From: a bacterium
GTDB taxonomy: Bacteria; Zhuqueibacterota; Zhuqueibacteria; Residuimicrobiales; Krinioviventaceae
Reading direction: 5' to 3'
Assembly: GCA_963674595.2 (NCBI GenBank)
Contig: CAXXFV010000004.1
Span: forward strand, 288,001-352,000
Length of the DNA stretch: 64,000 nucleotides
Made by a program: the position numbers and the translations under genes. Positions 1 through 9,994 of the stretch are shown here, piece by piece. The notes beneath the pieces are model-generated. The model searched no databases, was not told the DNA's origin, and saw only the letters and a program-made list of their open reading frames with translations. Positions within the stretch are counted from its first letter, which is position 1, and the number at the start of each line of letters is the position of its first letter.

Positions 1-405
1 ATTAATTAAATCAGCCACTGCTTCTGCCTGTACAAGATCCATTTTGCCATTAATAAATGCTCTTTTTGTAAACTCACCGGGTTCCGCATGTCTGGCCCCG
101 GCAGCGATTATTAAATTTAGAATTTCCTGAACGATAAAAGTTCCGCCGTGGCAGTTAATCTCTACAATATTCTCACCGGTAAAAGAATTGGGTGATTTAA
201 ATTTTGAAACAAGTACCTGATCGACTATTGAATCATTGGAAATAATAAATCCATTGATGACCTGATTAGCAGGGGCAGTATCAATCGATTTTTTTCCTTT
301 AAATATTTTATCAGCAATACCAAAAGAATCCGGTCCTGATAAGCGTACAATAGCAATTGCACCTGTCCCTATAGGAGTTGATATGGCTGCAATAGTATCG
401 TTCAT
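1..405 (-). CDS. mnmE: tRNA modification GTPase MnmE/TrmE, N-terminal part (runs off window)
   Basis: Manual translation from ATG at 405: MNDTIAAISTPIGTGAIAIVRLSG, later FTGENIVEINCHGG and AEPGEFTKRAFINGKMDL; usual position after yidC. Confidence 0.95.
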   Translation of the reverse strand, partial: MNDTIAAISTPIGTGAIAIVRLSGPDSFGIADKIFKGKKSIDTAPANQVINGFIISNDSIVDQVLVSKFKSPNSFTGENIVEINCHGGTFIVQEILNLIIAAGARHAEPGEFTKRAFINGKMDLVQAEAVADLIN

Positions 406-428
406 ATTAAACTTTCAGCAAAAATAAA

Positions 429-452
429 GCCCCACATGTATATCTGCGAGGC
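429..452 (-). terminator. Possible intrinsic terminator after yidC
   Basis: Minus strand GCCTCGCA-GATATACA-TGTGGGGC (GU-containing stem) followed by TTTATTTTT. Confidence 0.4.
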
Positions 453-482
453 AAAAATTATTAAAAAATATGTCAACAAAAA

Positions 483-2222
483 TTATTTGGTTTTAGCCGG
501 GGACACATTTACAGTAGCTGTTCCGCCACTCAACCATTTTTGTTGTGCAATCGTTAACAAATTAAAAAGAGCATAATACAAATTTAATCCGGATGGAAAG
601 CTATTAAATAAAAGTGTAAAAACTATTGGCATCATATAAACCATAGCCTTTTGTTTCGGATCCGTAATACTCATTTTTTGTTGGATAATCATGGTTATAC
701 CCATAAAAATGGGTAAAATATTAACAGAGTCTCCATACATGGGAATGGAAAAAGGTAAGGTTGCAATCGTATCCGGTTGTGATAAATCTTTGATCCAGAA
801 CATAAAAGGCTCGCCGCGCAATTCTATAGTGGTTCTAAAGATAATAAACAATCCATAAAGCAACGGCATTTGCAACAGCATTGGTAAACATCCACCCATC
901 GGATTAGCCCCTTCCGCTTTGTAAAGGGCCATTGTTTCTTTTTGCAGACGTTGCGGGTCTTTTTTATATTTTTCCTTTAATTCAGCGACCTTGGGTTGTA
1001 AAGTCTGCATTTTTTTCATGGATTGATAGCTTTTGTGCGTCAACGGATAGACGATTAGCTTTATCAAAATTGAAAAAATAATCAAAGCCCAACCATAATT
1101 AGGGATAAATGAATGAAGCTTTTTAAAACTCCATAGAATAACCAGGCTGAAAGGTTGGATAATTTTCCAGCCAAAATCCATAAATTTTTCCAGGCCAATA
1201 TTATAAGATTTTACAGTCTCATGTTCCAGAGGTCCCATGTAAATCATATAATTATCACTTAAATTGGATTCGCCAAGAAAAGGCATTTGCAAATTGATGA
1301 TAAATTGCTTCCATTTTAATTTAGGATTACTAATTTCAGCAATTTCGTAACCGGTTATAGCAGCAGAGGTAGCTTTTTTTTCAGGAGCTAAAGCCAAAGC
1401 AAAATATTTTGTACGAACTCCAACCCAATTAATATCACCTGTCTCTTTTTCAGTTTTTCCATTGGGCTTATACCCTTTATTAATGTCCTGGCCGGCATAA
1501 ACGGCTGCCTTGGCATAGTTCATATCTTCGTTTAATCTTTTCTCTGTAGACTCGAGACCGGCAGGAATATTTACAAAATACATTTTGTGATAAATAGTAT
1601 TTTCTAAATTTTTGAATATAATATTCATTTCAAAATCATAGTGCGAATTTGAAAATGTAAACTTTTTTATGATTTGACGATATTGATCAAAATTATAAAC
1701 GAACGAAATACTCTGTTCTTCACTTTCATTTAAAGAAATAACAGAATCACATTCGGCTAAAAATGACCAGTTAACAGTATCAACGGTATCTCCCTGAGAA
1801 TCTATATAGGAAATAGCAAAATTTCCTTCATTCCCTTTTGGCAGCATATAAACAGGTGTACTGTCTGGTTTAAAATATTCTTTTAATTGAAACTGCTTTA
1901 AAACAGCACCATTGGTACTAAAGGTAGCTTTATATAAATCCGTATTAACTGTAATTAATTTTTCCGGTTCAGATTTAACCGGATTAACGGGTTTGACAGG
2001 TTCCTGAACCTTGTTTACTATTGGTTCGTTAATATTCTCTGTTTCGGTAGGTTCCTGGTTAATTTCCTCTTTAACTACCTGGCTACTCTGCATCTTTTTT
2101 TCAAGTTGTTTTTGTTGATAGGCTTCCGGATAAAATAATTTTTGGTAATATGGCGACCATACAAATAACATAGTAGCGCCAATTAATAAGAAAGCAAGGA
2201 GTGTTTTTCTATCTACATTCAT
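483..2222 (-). CDS. yidC: Membrane protein insertase YidC
   Basis: N-terminal TM, periplasmic domain, NYGWALII, GGCLPMLLQMP, WIKDLSQPD, PSGLNLYY motifs; synteny. Confidence 0.97.
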   Translation of the reverse strand: MNVDRKTLLAFLLIGATMLFVWSPYYQKLFYPEAYQQKQLEKKMQSSQVVKEEINQEPTETENINEPIVNKVQEPVKPVNPVKSEPEKLITVNTDLYKATFSTNGAVLKQFQLKEYFKPDSTPVYMLPKGNEGNFAISYIDSQGDTVDTVNWSFLAECDSVISLNESEEQSISFVYNFDQYRQIIKKFTFSNSHYDFEMNIIFKNLENTIYHKMYFVNIPAGLESTEKRLNEDMNYAKAAVYAGQDINKGYKPNGKTEKETGDINWVGVRTKYFALALAPEKKATSAAITGYEIAEISNPKLKWKQFIINLQMPFLGESNLSDNYMIYMGPLEHETVKSYNIGLEKFMDFGWKIIQPFSLVILWSFKKLHSFIPNYGWALIIFSILIKLIVYPLTHKSYQSMKKMQTLQPKVAELKEKYKKDPQRLQKETMALYKAEGANPMGGCLPMLLQMPLLYGLFIIFRTTIELRGEPFMFWIKDLSQPDTIATLPFSIPMYGDSVNILPIFMGITMIIQQKMSITDPKQKAMVYMMPIVFTLLFNSFPSGLNLYYALFNLLTIAQQKWLSGGTATVNVSPAKTK

Positions 2223-2242
2223 AATAAACTCTTTTTTTTAAA

Positions 2243-2506
2243 TTAAACAGGATCATAACCGCCAGAAGAAAAAGGATTACATCGCAAAATTCGTAAAACG
2301 GATTTGCTCCCCCCTTTTAGAATACCATATTTTTTTATAGCTTGAATTGAATAATTAGAGCAAGAAGGATAATATCGACATGAGTTCGGAAAAATAGGTG
2401 AAATTATCTTTTGGTAAAGATAAATTGTGAAAATAATCAATCCCTTCAAGAAGCCATGAATAAGTTTAAAAAATAATTTTATCTTTTGTTTTAACACTTG
2501 AAGCAT
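2243..2506 (-). CDS. yidD: Membrane protein insertion efficiency factor YidD
   Basis: [24 protein letters not shown]; between rnpA and yidC. Confidence 0.95.
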   Translation of the reverse strand: MLQVLKQKIKLFFKLIHGFLKGLIIFTIYLYQKIISPIFPNSCRYYPSCSNYSIQAIKKYGILKGGSKSVLRILRCNPFSSGGYDPV

Positions 2507-2857
2507 TCATTTATTACAACACTCGCTATTCAAACTTTTGACGAGTTCATCAAAGTCGTTAACGAGTGTTTCATAATTTTTAGTGAGTGTTAATGATTTT
2601 ACAACAAAGACAGCATGAATAGGCCTAATAATTTGATATTGATGTGTTCTGTACATCTCTCTACCTATTCTTTTAAGTTTATTTCTTTGGACTTTGTTTT
2701 TGTATCCTTTAGCAGCAAAACCAATCTTGTTCGATTCGGTAATTTTATAAAAAACCGAAAAATATTTTCCATGAATTGCTTTTCCAAATCTAAAAATTTC
2801 ATGAAAAGCAGAATTTTTTTTTAAGATACGTTGCTTTGGAAGGGAAAGTCTTTTCAC
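2507..2857 (-). CDS. rnpA: Ribonuclease P protein component
   Basis: LPKQRIL start, VQRNKLKR (RNR-type) motif; synteny with rpmH and yidD. Confidence 0.9.
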   Translation of the reverse strand: MKRLSLPKQRILKKNSAFHEIFRFGKAIHGKYFSVFYKITESNKIGFAAKGYKNKVQRNKLKRIGREMYRTHQYQIIRPIHAVFVVKSLTLTKNYETLVNDFDELVKSLNSECCNK

Positions 2858-2871
2858 ATAATTAATTAGTT

Positions 2872-3018
2872 TTATAATTCATCACTAACGGTTAAACGTT
2901 TTCTTCCTTTTGCTCTTCTTCTTTTAAGAACCAGCCGGCCATTTTTTGTTGCCATACGAGCTCGAAAACCGTGTTTGTTGGCTCTTTTTCTATTACTTGG
3001 TTGAAAAGTTCTCTTCAT
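2872..3018 (-). CDS. rpmH: 50S ribosomal protein L34 (48 aa, not in ORF track)
   Basis: Manual translation [48 protein letters not shown]. Confidence 0.98.
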   Translation of the reverse strand: MKRTFQPSNRKRANKHGFRARMATKNGRLVLKRRRAKGRKRLTVSDEL

Positions 3019-3103
3019 TACTATAAATCTCCATTTGTTGTATAATTTAAAACCTTACAAGGTAAAAAATTTTATATTGAAACACAAGGTTTTTCTTACT
3101 CAT

Positions 3104-3135
3104 AAAAACAAAAAAGGGCCGATATACGGCCCTTT
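3104..3135 (-). terminator. Intrinsic terminator after DHODH-like gene
   Basis: AAAGGGCCG-ATATA-CGGCCCTTT stem with T-tract on minus strand. Confidence 0.75.
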
Positions 3136-3156
3136 AAGTACAAGAATTCCGTAATA

Positions 3157-4143
3157 TTAGAAGGAATTTAACGCCTTCATATAATTGGCTCTTTCAAAGG
3201 CTGAAGGTTCAGCAACAGATTTTTGACTCATACTTCCTTTTAGTACAGATAAGGAATCGTATTCGTTTTCTTCCAGCCATTTGGTCATATCAGAGAGAAT
3301 TGTTCCGAGATACTCGGGTCCTTTTTGTAATAAAACGGCAGCCATCTGGGTAATATCAGCACCGGCAGCTATTAGTTTTAATGCATCATTAGCTGTATGA
3401 ACACCGGTTGTACCGGCAAAGCTGGCATTAATTTTATCTGATAAAATAGCAATCCATCTCAAAGGAAGTCGAAGATCATTGGATGTACTTAAAACAACAC
3501 CAGGTTTAACTTCCAAATTATCCAGATCTAAATCAGGCTGATAGAATCTGTTGAAAAGTACAAAAGCATCAGCGCCATCTTCTTGCAGTTTTTTAATGGT
3601 ACGTGGTAATGATGTGAAAAACGGACTGAGCTTAACGGCAACAGGAATAGTAACATTCGCTTTAACAGCCTTGAGTATTATTCTGTAAAGATTTTCAATT
3701 TGTTGTGTTTCCTGCTCAAGGTTTGTAGGAATAAAATAAACATTCAATTCAAGAGCATCTGCACCGGCTTCCTGGATTTTTTTTGCGTAATCAATCCATC
3801 CACCTGTAGAAACTCCGTTCAAGCTGCCAATAATAGGTATATCAAGTGAATCTTTGGCTTTTTTAATATGTTCTAAATATTCGTCAGGTCCGAGATTAAA
3901 ATCCTGGTGATCAGGGAAGTAACTTAGAGCTTCGGCAAAGCTTTCAGTTCCGTTTGTTAAAAAGTGATCCAGTTCTTCAGCTTCAAAGCTGATTTGTTCC
4001 TCAAAAAGAGAGTACATGACAATAGCGGAAGCACCAGCATCTTCAAGTTTTTTTAATGTATTTATATCTTTAGATAATGGCGAAGCTGAAGGAACCAACG
4101 GATTTTTCAATGAAATACCCATATAGGAAGTTTTCAAATCCAT
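3157..4143 (-). CDS. Dihydroorotate dehydrogenase-like flavoprotein (PFOR-associated type)
   Basis: LKNPLVPSASPL, SLFEEQI, IPVAVKLSPFF, LFNRFYQPD, FERANYM motifs; directly follows PFOR. Confidence 0.88.
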   Translation of the reverse strand: MDLKTSYMGISLKNPLVPSASPLSKDINTLKKLEDAGASAIVMYSLFEEQISFEAEELDHFLTNGTESFAEALSYFPDHQDFNLGPDEYLEHIKKAKDSLDIPIIGSLNGVSTGGWIDYAKKIQEAGADALELNVYFIPTNLEQETQQIENLYRIILKAVKANVTIPVAVKLSPFFTSLPRTIKKLQEDGADAFVLFNRFYQPDLDLDNLEVKPGVVLSTSNDLRLPLRWIAILSDKINASFAGTTGVHTANDALKLIAAGADITQMAAVLLQKGPEYLGTILSDMTKWLEENEYDSLSVLKGSMSQKSVAEPSAFERANYMKALNSF

Positions 4144-4183
4144 TATATTGAGTCCTTTCTTTTACAATTTTTAAAAAAGAGAG

Positions 4184-4206
4184 AGCGGTAATAAAAAATT
4201 ACCGCT
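4184..4206. other. Stem-loop between PFOR and DHODH-like gene
   Basis: AGCGGTAAT-AAAAA-ATTACCGCT perfect 9-bp arms. Confidence 0.6.
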
Positions 4207-4222
4207 AAATTATTTATTCGTT

Positions 4223-7200
4223 TTAACTGCTATAATCAATAGCTGCCATTTGTTTGTATAAATTCCATCTTGAAGTAACTCCTTTTTGAGCAGAATCCAA
4301 CAGGAATTTTGCTCTTTCAGGATGGGTTTTGGTCAGCATCTTGAATCTTGTTTCATTATATGCGTATTCTTCAAAGGAAATTGAAGGCTCTTTAGAATCT
4401 AATTGAAGAGGATTTTTACCGGTTTCAATTAAATCTGGATTGTAACGGAAAAGCGGGTAATGACCACTTTCAACCGCTGCTTTTTGTTCCTTCAATCCGT
4501 TAGACATTGTGATACCATGTGCAATACAGTGTGCATAAGCCAGAACAATACTTGGCCCATCATAGGCTTCGGCTTCTTTTAAGGCACGAATAGTTTGCAA
4601 GTCACTATAACCCATGGCAACCCGGGCAACATAAATATTGCCATAAGACATAAAAATCATACCCATGTCTTTTTTAGGTAATGGTTTTCCGGCAGCGGCA
4701 AATTTTGCAACAGCACCAGTCGGAGTTGATTTGGACATCTGTCCACCGGTATTTGAATAAACCTCGGTATCAAGTACCAAAACGTTAACATTGCGACCGG
4801 AGGCCAAAACATGGTCCAAACCACCATAACCAATATCATAAGCCCAACCGTCACCGCCAAAAATCCAAACACTCTTTTTAACGAGAAAATCAGCCAGTGA
4901 TAACAACTGTTTGGCATCATCGCCTTTGATATTTTCGAGTTTTTCTTTCAAGATTTTAACACGGTCTCTCTGATCATAAATACCGGCTTCTTCAGATTGG
5001 TCTGCTTCTAAAAGTGCCGTGACTAATTCGTCACCTAGTTCTGAAGCAAGTTTTTGTAATAATTCGCGTGCAAATTCGGTATGTTTATCAACAGTCATTC
5101 GAAAACCCATACCAAACTCAGCATTATCTTCAAAAAGTGAGTTTGACCAGGCAATACCACGACCATTTTGGTCTTTGGTATAAGGAAATGTCGGCAAGTT
5201 TCCGCCATAAATTGAAGAACATCCGGTAGCATTTGAGATAATTGTGCGGTCACCAAATAATTGTGAAACGAGTTTAACATAAGGAGTTTCACCACATCCG
5301 GCACAGGCACCAGAGTATTCGAATAACGGTCTCAGGAATTGAGAACCTTTAACAGAGGCAACTTTGACACTGCGGCGATCAACATCCGGAATGTTTAAAA
5401 AGAATTCATAATTTTCTTTCTCCTGATCACGTAAGGGTGGTTGAGGTGCCATGTTAATGGCTTTTAGTCCGACCTGTTGTTTATTTTTAGCAGGACATGT
5501 TTCTATACATAGCATACATCCGGTACAATCTTCAGGAGCAATCTGTAAAGTATATTTCCAATCATCAGGAAAATCTTTACCCTTTGCTTTGACACTCTTG
5601 AATGTTTCAGGAGCATTGTCAAGCTCTTTAGGATCATAAACTTTTGGTCTGATAGCAGCATGTGGACAAACCAAAGAACATTTTCCACATTGGATACATG
5701 TTTCAGGATCCCAAACCGGAATTTCAAGAGCTATATTTCTTTTTTCCCATTGGGTCGTTCCAGTATCAAAGGTACCATCATGTGGAAAAGCACTAACCGG
5801 TAAATCATCGCCTTTACCAATCATAATTTTGCTGACTACATTTTTAACAAATTCAGGGGCTTTATCAGAAACAGTGCTGGGCATTTCTTTACCATTTACT
5901 GTTTTACCTTCTAAATCTACCTTGAAAAGGTGGGCCAATGTTTGATCAACAGCGTTAAAATTCATCTGTACAATTTTATCACCTTTTTTGCCATAGGTCT
6001 TTTTGATGGCATTTTTAATATATTGGATAGCTTCATCTTTTGGTAAAACACCGGAAATAGCAAAGAAACAGGTCTGCATAATGGTATTAATACGAACACC
6101 CATACCTGTTTTTTGGCCAACATCATAGGCGTCTATAACATACAGATTCAATTTCTTATTTAAAATATCTTCCTGAATGATTCTTGGAAGTGTTTCCCAA
6201 ACTTCATCCGGACCGGCTTGTGTGTTAAAAAGCACAGTGCCACCTTCAACAGCTTTTTCAACAACATTCAACTTTTCCAGGAAAAATTGCTGATGACAGG
6301 CAACAAAATTTGCTTTATCAATTAAATAAGTAGAATGGATTTCTTTGGGTCCAAATCGAAGGTGAGAAATTGTTACAGCTCCGGCTTTTTTGGAATCGTA
6401 AACAAAATAACCCTGAGCATAATTTTCTGTTTCTTCACCAATAATTTTAATAGAATTTTTATTAGCACCTACAGTACCATCTGAACCTAAACCATAAAAA
6501 ATAGCGCGTACAACATCTTCGCCTTCGGTCGTAAAATTAGGATCATAGTCGATACTTGTATGTGTTAAATCATCGTTAATACCAATGGTAAAATGTTTTT
6601 TGCTTTTATCTTTTGCAAGATCGTCGTAAATACCCTTAACCATGGCCGGCGTAAACTCTTTAGATGATAATCCGTAACGTCCACCGGTAACTTTTGGGAA
6701 GGTGTTAAATGGTAATTTTCCTTCGCTATTTGCTTCTGTTAAGGCATTAATAACATCAAGATAAAGCGGTTCACCAGCACTTCCGGCTTCTTTTGTTCGG
6801 TCCAAAACAGCAATAGATTGAACAGATTTTGGTAATGCTGCAATAAAATGTTCAATAGAGAAAGGTCTGTATAATCGAACCTTGATAGCACCAACTTTTT
6901 CACCCTTGGCTGCCAAATAATCAACAGCTTCGTGAACAGCTTCAGCACCGGAACCCATTAAAATGATAACTCTTTCAGCTTCCGGATGTCCGATATAATC
7001 AAATAATTTATATTGTCTTCCAGTTTCCTTGGCAAATTTATCCATCGCATTTTGGACGATAGCCGGACATTTATCATAATATTCGTTTACAGTTTCACGC
7101 GCTTGAAAGAATACATCAGGATTCTGTGCAGTTCCACGGATAACAGGTCGATCAGGTGACAACCCTCTGTTTCTGTGTTCAAAAACGAGCTTATCATCAA

Positions 7201-7783
7201 TCATAGATTTAATGACTTGAATATCTAACTGTTCGATTTTCTGAATTTCATGGGAAGAACGAAAACCATCAAAAAAGTGAACAAAAGGGATACGTGATTC
7301 GAGAGACGCTGCCTGGGAAATAAGTGCAAAATCCATGATTTCCTGGATAGAGTTTGAGGCAAGTAAACCAAATCCAGTGGAACGTACGGCCATAACATCA
7401 CTATGATCACCAAAAATAGAGAGAGCATGTGATGCTACAGTTCTCGCTGTAACATGAAAAACAGTTGGTGTTAATTCACCAGCAATCTTGAACATATTAG
7501 GAATCATTAATAATAATCCCTGAGAAGCGGTAAAAGTTGTTGTTAAAGCACCAGTCTGTAAAGCACCATGTACAGCGCCAGAAGCACCACCTTCACTTTG
7601 CATTTCAACAACCTGGGGTATTGTACCCCAAATGTTTTTCTGACCGGCTGCTGAAAAAGCGTCAGACCACTCTCCCATAGGGGATGAAGGTGTAATAGGA
7701 TAAATAGCAATAACTTCGTTTATTTTGTGAGCTACATAGGCGGCTGCTTCATTACCGTCCAGAGTCACCATTTTTTTTGACAT
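4223..7783 (-). CDS. nifJ: Pyruvate:ferredoxin (flavodoxin) oxidoreductase, single-subunit
   Basis: YPITPSS, QSEGGA, two ferredoxin motifs (CIQCGKC..CP, CTGCMLC..CP), GACAGCGET, GGDGWAYDIG TPP motif. Confidence 0.96.
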   Translation of the reverse strand: MSKKMVTLDGNEAAAYVAHKINEVIAIYPITPSSPMGEWSDAFSAAGQKNIWGTIPQVVEMQSEGGASGAVHGALQTGALTTTFTASQGLLLMIPNMFKIAGELTPTVFHVTARTVASHALSIFGDHSDVMAVRSTGFGLLASNSIQEIMDFALISQAASLESRIPFVHFFDGFRSSHEIQKIEQLDIQVIKSMIDDKLVFEHRNRGLSPDRPVIRGTAQNPDVFFQARETVNEYYDKCPAIVQNAMDKFAKETGRQYKLFDYIGHPEAERVIILMGSGAEAVHEAVDYLAAKGEKVGAIKVRLYRPFSIEHFIAALPKSVQSIAVLDRTKEAGSAGEPLYLDVINALTEANSEGKLPFNTFPKVTGGRYGLSSKEFTPAMVKGIYDDLAKDKSKKHFTIGINDDLTHTSIDYDPNFTTEGEDVVRAIFYGLGSDGTVGANKNSIKIIGEETENYAQGYFVYDSKKAGAVTISHLRFGPKEIHSTYLIDKANFVACHQQFFLEKLNVVEKAVEGGTVLFNTQAGPDEVWETLPRIIQEDILNKKLNLYVIDAYDVGQKTGMGVRINTIMQTCFFAISGVLPKDEAIQYIKNAIKKTYGKKGDKIVQMNFNAVDQTLAHLFKVDLEGKTVNGKEMPSTVSDKAPEFVKNVVSKIMIGKGDDLPVSAFPHDGTFDTGTTQWEKRNIALEIPVWDPETCIQCGKCSLVCPHAAIRPKVYDPKELDNAPETFKSVKAKGKDFPDDWKYTLQIAPEDCTGCMLCIETCPAKNKQQVGLKAINMAPQPPLRDQEKENYEFFLNIPDVDRRSVKVASVKGSQFLRPLFEYSGACAGCGETPYVKLVSQLFGDRTIISNATGCSSIYGGNLPTFPYTKDQNGRGIAWSNSLFEDNAEFGMGFRMTVDKHTEFARELLQKLASELGDELVTALLEADQSEEAGIYDQRDRVKILKEKLENIKGDDAKQLLSLADFLVKKSVWIFGGDGWAYDIGYGGLDHVLASGRNVNVLVLDTEVYSNTGGQMSKSTPTGAVAKFAAAGKPLPKKDMGMIFMSYGNIYVARVAMGYSDLQTIRALKEAEAYDGPSIVLAYAHCIAHGITMSNGLKEQKAAVESGHYPLFRYNPDLIETGKNPLQLDSKEPSISFEEYAYNETRFKMLTKTHPERAKFLLDSAQKGVTSRWNLYKQMAAIDYSS

Positions 7784-8017
7784 TAAGTACCTCCGTCAAT
7801 CCATTAATATTATACATAAAATCTGTTTTCAGATTTTAAAAAGAGGAGTAAATTTAGGAATTATAACAAAGCAAAAGTAATTATTTTCTTTTGCAAAAAA
7901 AGGGGCGAAAAATCGTCCGGTTTTAAATTTATTAAAAAATAGAATATAATGCAAGGTATTTAATAAACTGATATATAAGTCATTTAAAAAATAAAAAAAT
8001 TATTTTTGAGTTTGAAA

Positions 8018-8236
8018 TTATCCACAACTTTATTATCTTATTATGACTTGTTAACATTATTAAAATATGTGGATAACTTTTATCTTCTTTCTTACTCTTT
8101 TATTTTTTAAACATTTTATGTAAAAAAATGTGGATAATCTTAGAAAGAGATAAATGATAAAAATAATAAGAATAATTACTTAAACAAAATTCATAATTAT
8201 AATTATGTGTGGATAACATATAATTTATGTTGATAA
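8018..8236. promoter_or_regulatory. DnaA-box cluster upstream of dnaA (oriC part 1 / dnaA autoregulation)
   Basis: TTATCCACA 8018-8026; TGTGGATAA at 8068, 8129, 8208; TGTTGATAA at 8228; very AT-rich. Confidence 0.9.
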
Positions 8237-8314
8237 GTAATTTTTGTTTAATTTATAGAATAATGTTTGTATTTAAATTCACTATTTAGGTTTTACAATA
8301 ATACAGGAAAATAA

Positions 8315-9667
8315 ATGGAATTAAACCTGATGGAAAAATGGGACGATATATTAAAAATTATTAAAGACAATATTAATTCAAACAGCTATGCTACCTGGTT
8401 CAAACCAATTAAGCCTTTAAAAATAGAAGATTCCTCTCTCACAGTCCAGGTCCCAAGTCAATTTTTTTATGAGTGGTTGGAACAACATTATAGTACCATA
8501 ATTAACAAAGCAATCTTTAATGTATTGGGGAAAGAATATAAATTATTATATTCCATCATTATGGATTCATCAACACAATCTGTTCAACTTCCTTCCCTTT
8601 CAAAAAGTACTTCACAAAAATCTAAAGGAAATGGACAGGATAATCTTAGAGATCGTTTTACATTTGATTCCTTTATTGAAGGTGAAAGTAATAAATTTGC
8701 AAAAGCAGCGGCTTTCGCCGTTGCAAAATCCCCGGGTTCTACAACTTTTAATCCGTTGGTTGTATATGGAGGCGTTGGTTTAGGAAAAACGCATTTAATA
8801 CAGGCTATAGGAAATTATGCAAAAGATAACGGCCATGCAAAAAGAGTTTTATATGCTGATAGTGAACGTTTTACAATGGATTTTATAAATTCTATCCAGA
8901 AAAACAAATCAACAGAATTTAGTGATCAATATAGAAATATGGATATTTTAATTGTAGACGATATTCAATTTTTCAGTAATAAAGAAAGAACACAGGAAGA
9001 ATTTTTTCATACTTTTAATACTCTTCATCATAAAGGTAAACAAATAATATTATCTTCAGATCGTTCACCTAAAGAACTGCACGGCATTGAAGAACGTTTG
9101 ATATCAAGATTTCAATGGGGTTTGGTAGTTGATATTCAACAACCTGATCTTGAAACCAGACAAGCAATTTTACAAAAAAAGTCTGAAGAAAATGGATTGG
9201 ACTTGCCAGGTGAAATTTTCCATTTTATTGCAACACATATTACAACCAATATTCGTGAATTAGAAGGAGCGTTAATTCGTTTATTAGCATATTCATCTTT
9301 GAATGGAGAAGATATAACACTTGATCTGGCTAAAAAACTATTAAAAGATGTGTGTATTCCAAAGGTAAAAGCTATCAGCATTGAATATATTCAAAAATTA
9401 ACAGCAGAATATTTTAATTTTCCGGATGACATGCTCAGAGCCAAAACACGTAAAAAAGAAATAGTGCAGTCCAGACAAATTGCCATGTATTTGTGTAAAA
9501 TAATGACAGATAGTTCCTTAAAAACTATTGGTTTACACTTTGGAGGAAGAGATCATAGTACTGTTATTCATGCCATTAACAGTGTAGAAGAAACATTTTT
9601 AACCGATAAAAAACTTAAAGAACATATTGACAATATAAAACACAAGATAGAAATATCTCAATTATAA
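8315..9667 (+). CDS. dnaA: Chromosomal replication initiator DnaA
   Basis: GGVGLGKTHL, DDIQF, QEEFFHTFN, RELEGAL, FGGRDHSTVIHA. Confidence 0.99.
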   Translation: MELNLMEKWDDILKIIKDNINSNSYATWFKPIKPLKIEDSSLTVQVPSQFFYEWLEQHYSTIINKAIFNVLGKEYKLLYSIIMDSSTQSVQLPSLSKSTSQKSKGNGQDNLRDRFTFDSFIEGESNKFAKAAAFAVAKSPGSTTFNPLVVYGGVGLGKTHLIQAIGNYAKDNGHAKRVLYADSERFTMDFINSIQKNKSTEFSDQYRNMDILIVDDIQFFSNKERTQEEFFHTFNTLHHKGKQIILSSDRSPKELHGIEERLISRFQWGLVVDIQQPDLETRQAILQKKSEENGLDLPGEIFHFIATHITTNIRELEGALIRLLAYSSLNGEDITLDLAKKLLKDVCIPKVKAISIEYIQKLTAEYFNFPDDMLRAKTRKKEIVQSRQIAMYLCKIMTDSSLKTIGLHFGGRDHSTVIHAINSVEETFLTDKKLKEHIDNIKHKIEISQL

Positions 9668-9982
9668 ATTTGATAACTTGTGGAAAAGTAATTTAATAAT
9701 ATGAATAAAGTGTCTAAAAAATGTGTATTAAAAAATAACTGTTAACATTATTAAATTTTTTTTCCACATCGGACAATAATCAAAATATACTCACAGTTCA
9801 TTAACATCTAAATGTTGATAAATAATTTTAAAAAACGGATATAATTACACAAGAAACAACCCTAATATATTAACATTAAAAAGTAATCAACATATCCACA
9901 GTACCTATTATAACTAATATAAAATACTTGATATATTAATTATATTTATATATCTTTTCTCACTTTTTGATATCTTTTTATT
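9668..9982. promoter_or_regulatory. oriC part 2 (dnaA-dnaN spacer): DnaA boxes, DnaA-trio-like tract, AT-rich unwinding element
   Basis: TGTGGAAAA 9679, TTTTCCACA 9760, TGTTGATAA 9813, overlapping TAATCAACA/ATATCCACA 9884-9900, then GTACC and TAT-TAT-AAC-TAA-TAT. Confidence 0.85.
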
Positions 9983-9994
9983 ATGGAGGCATTA

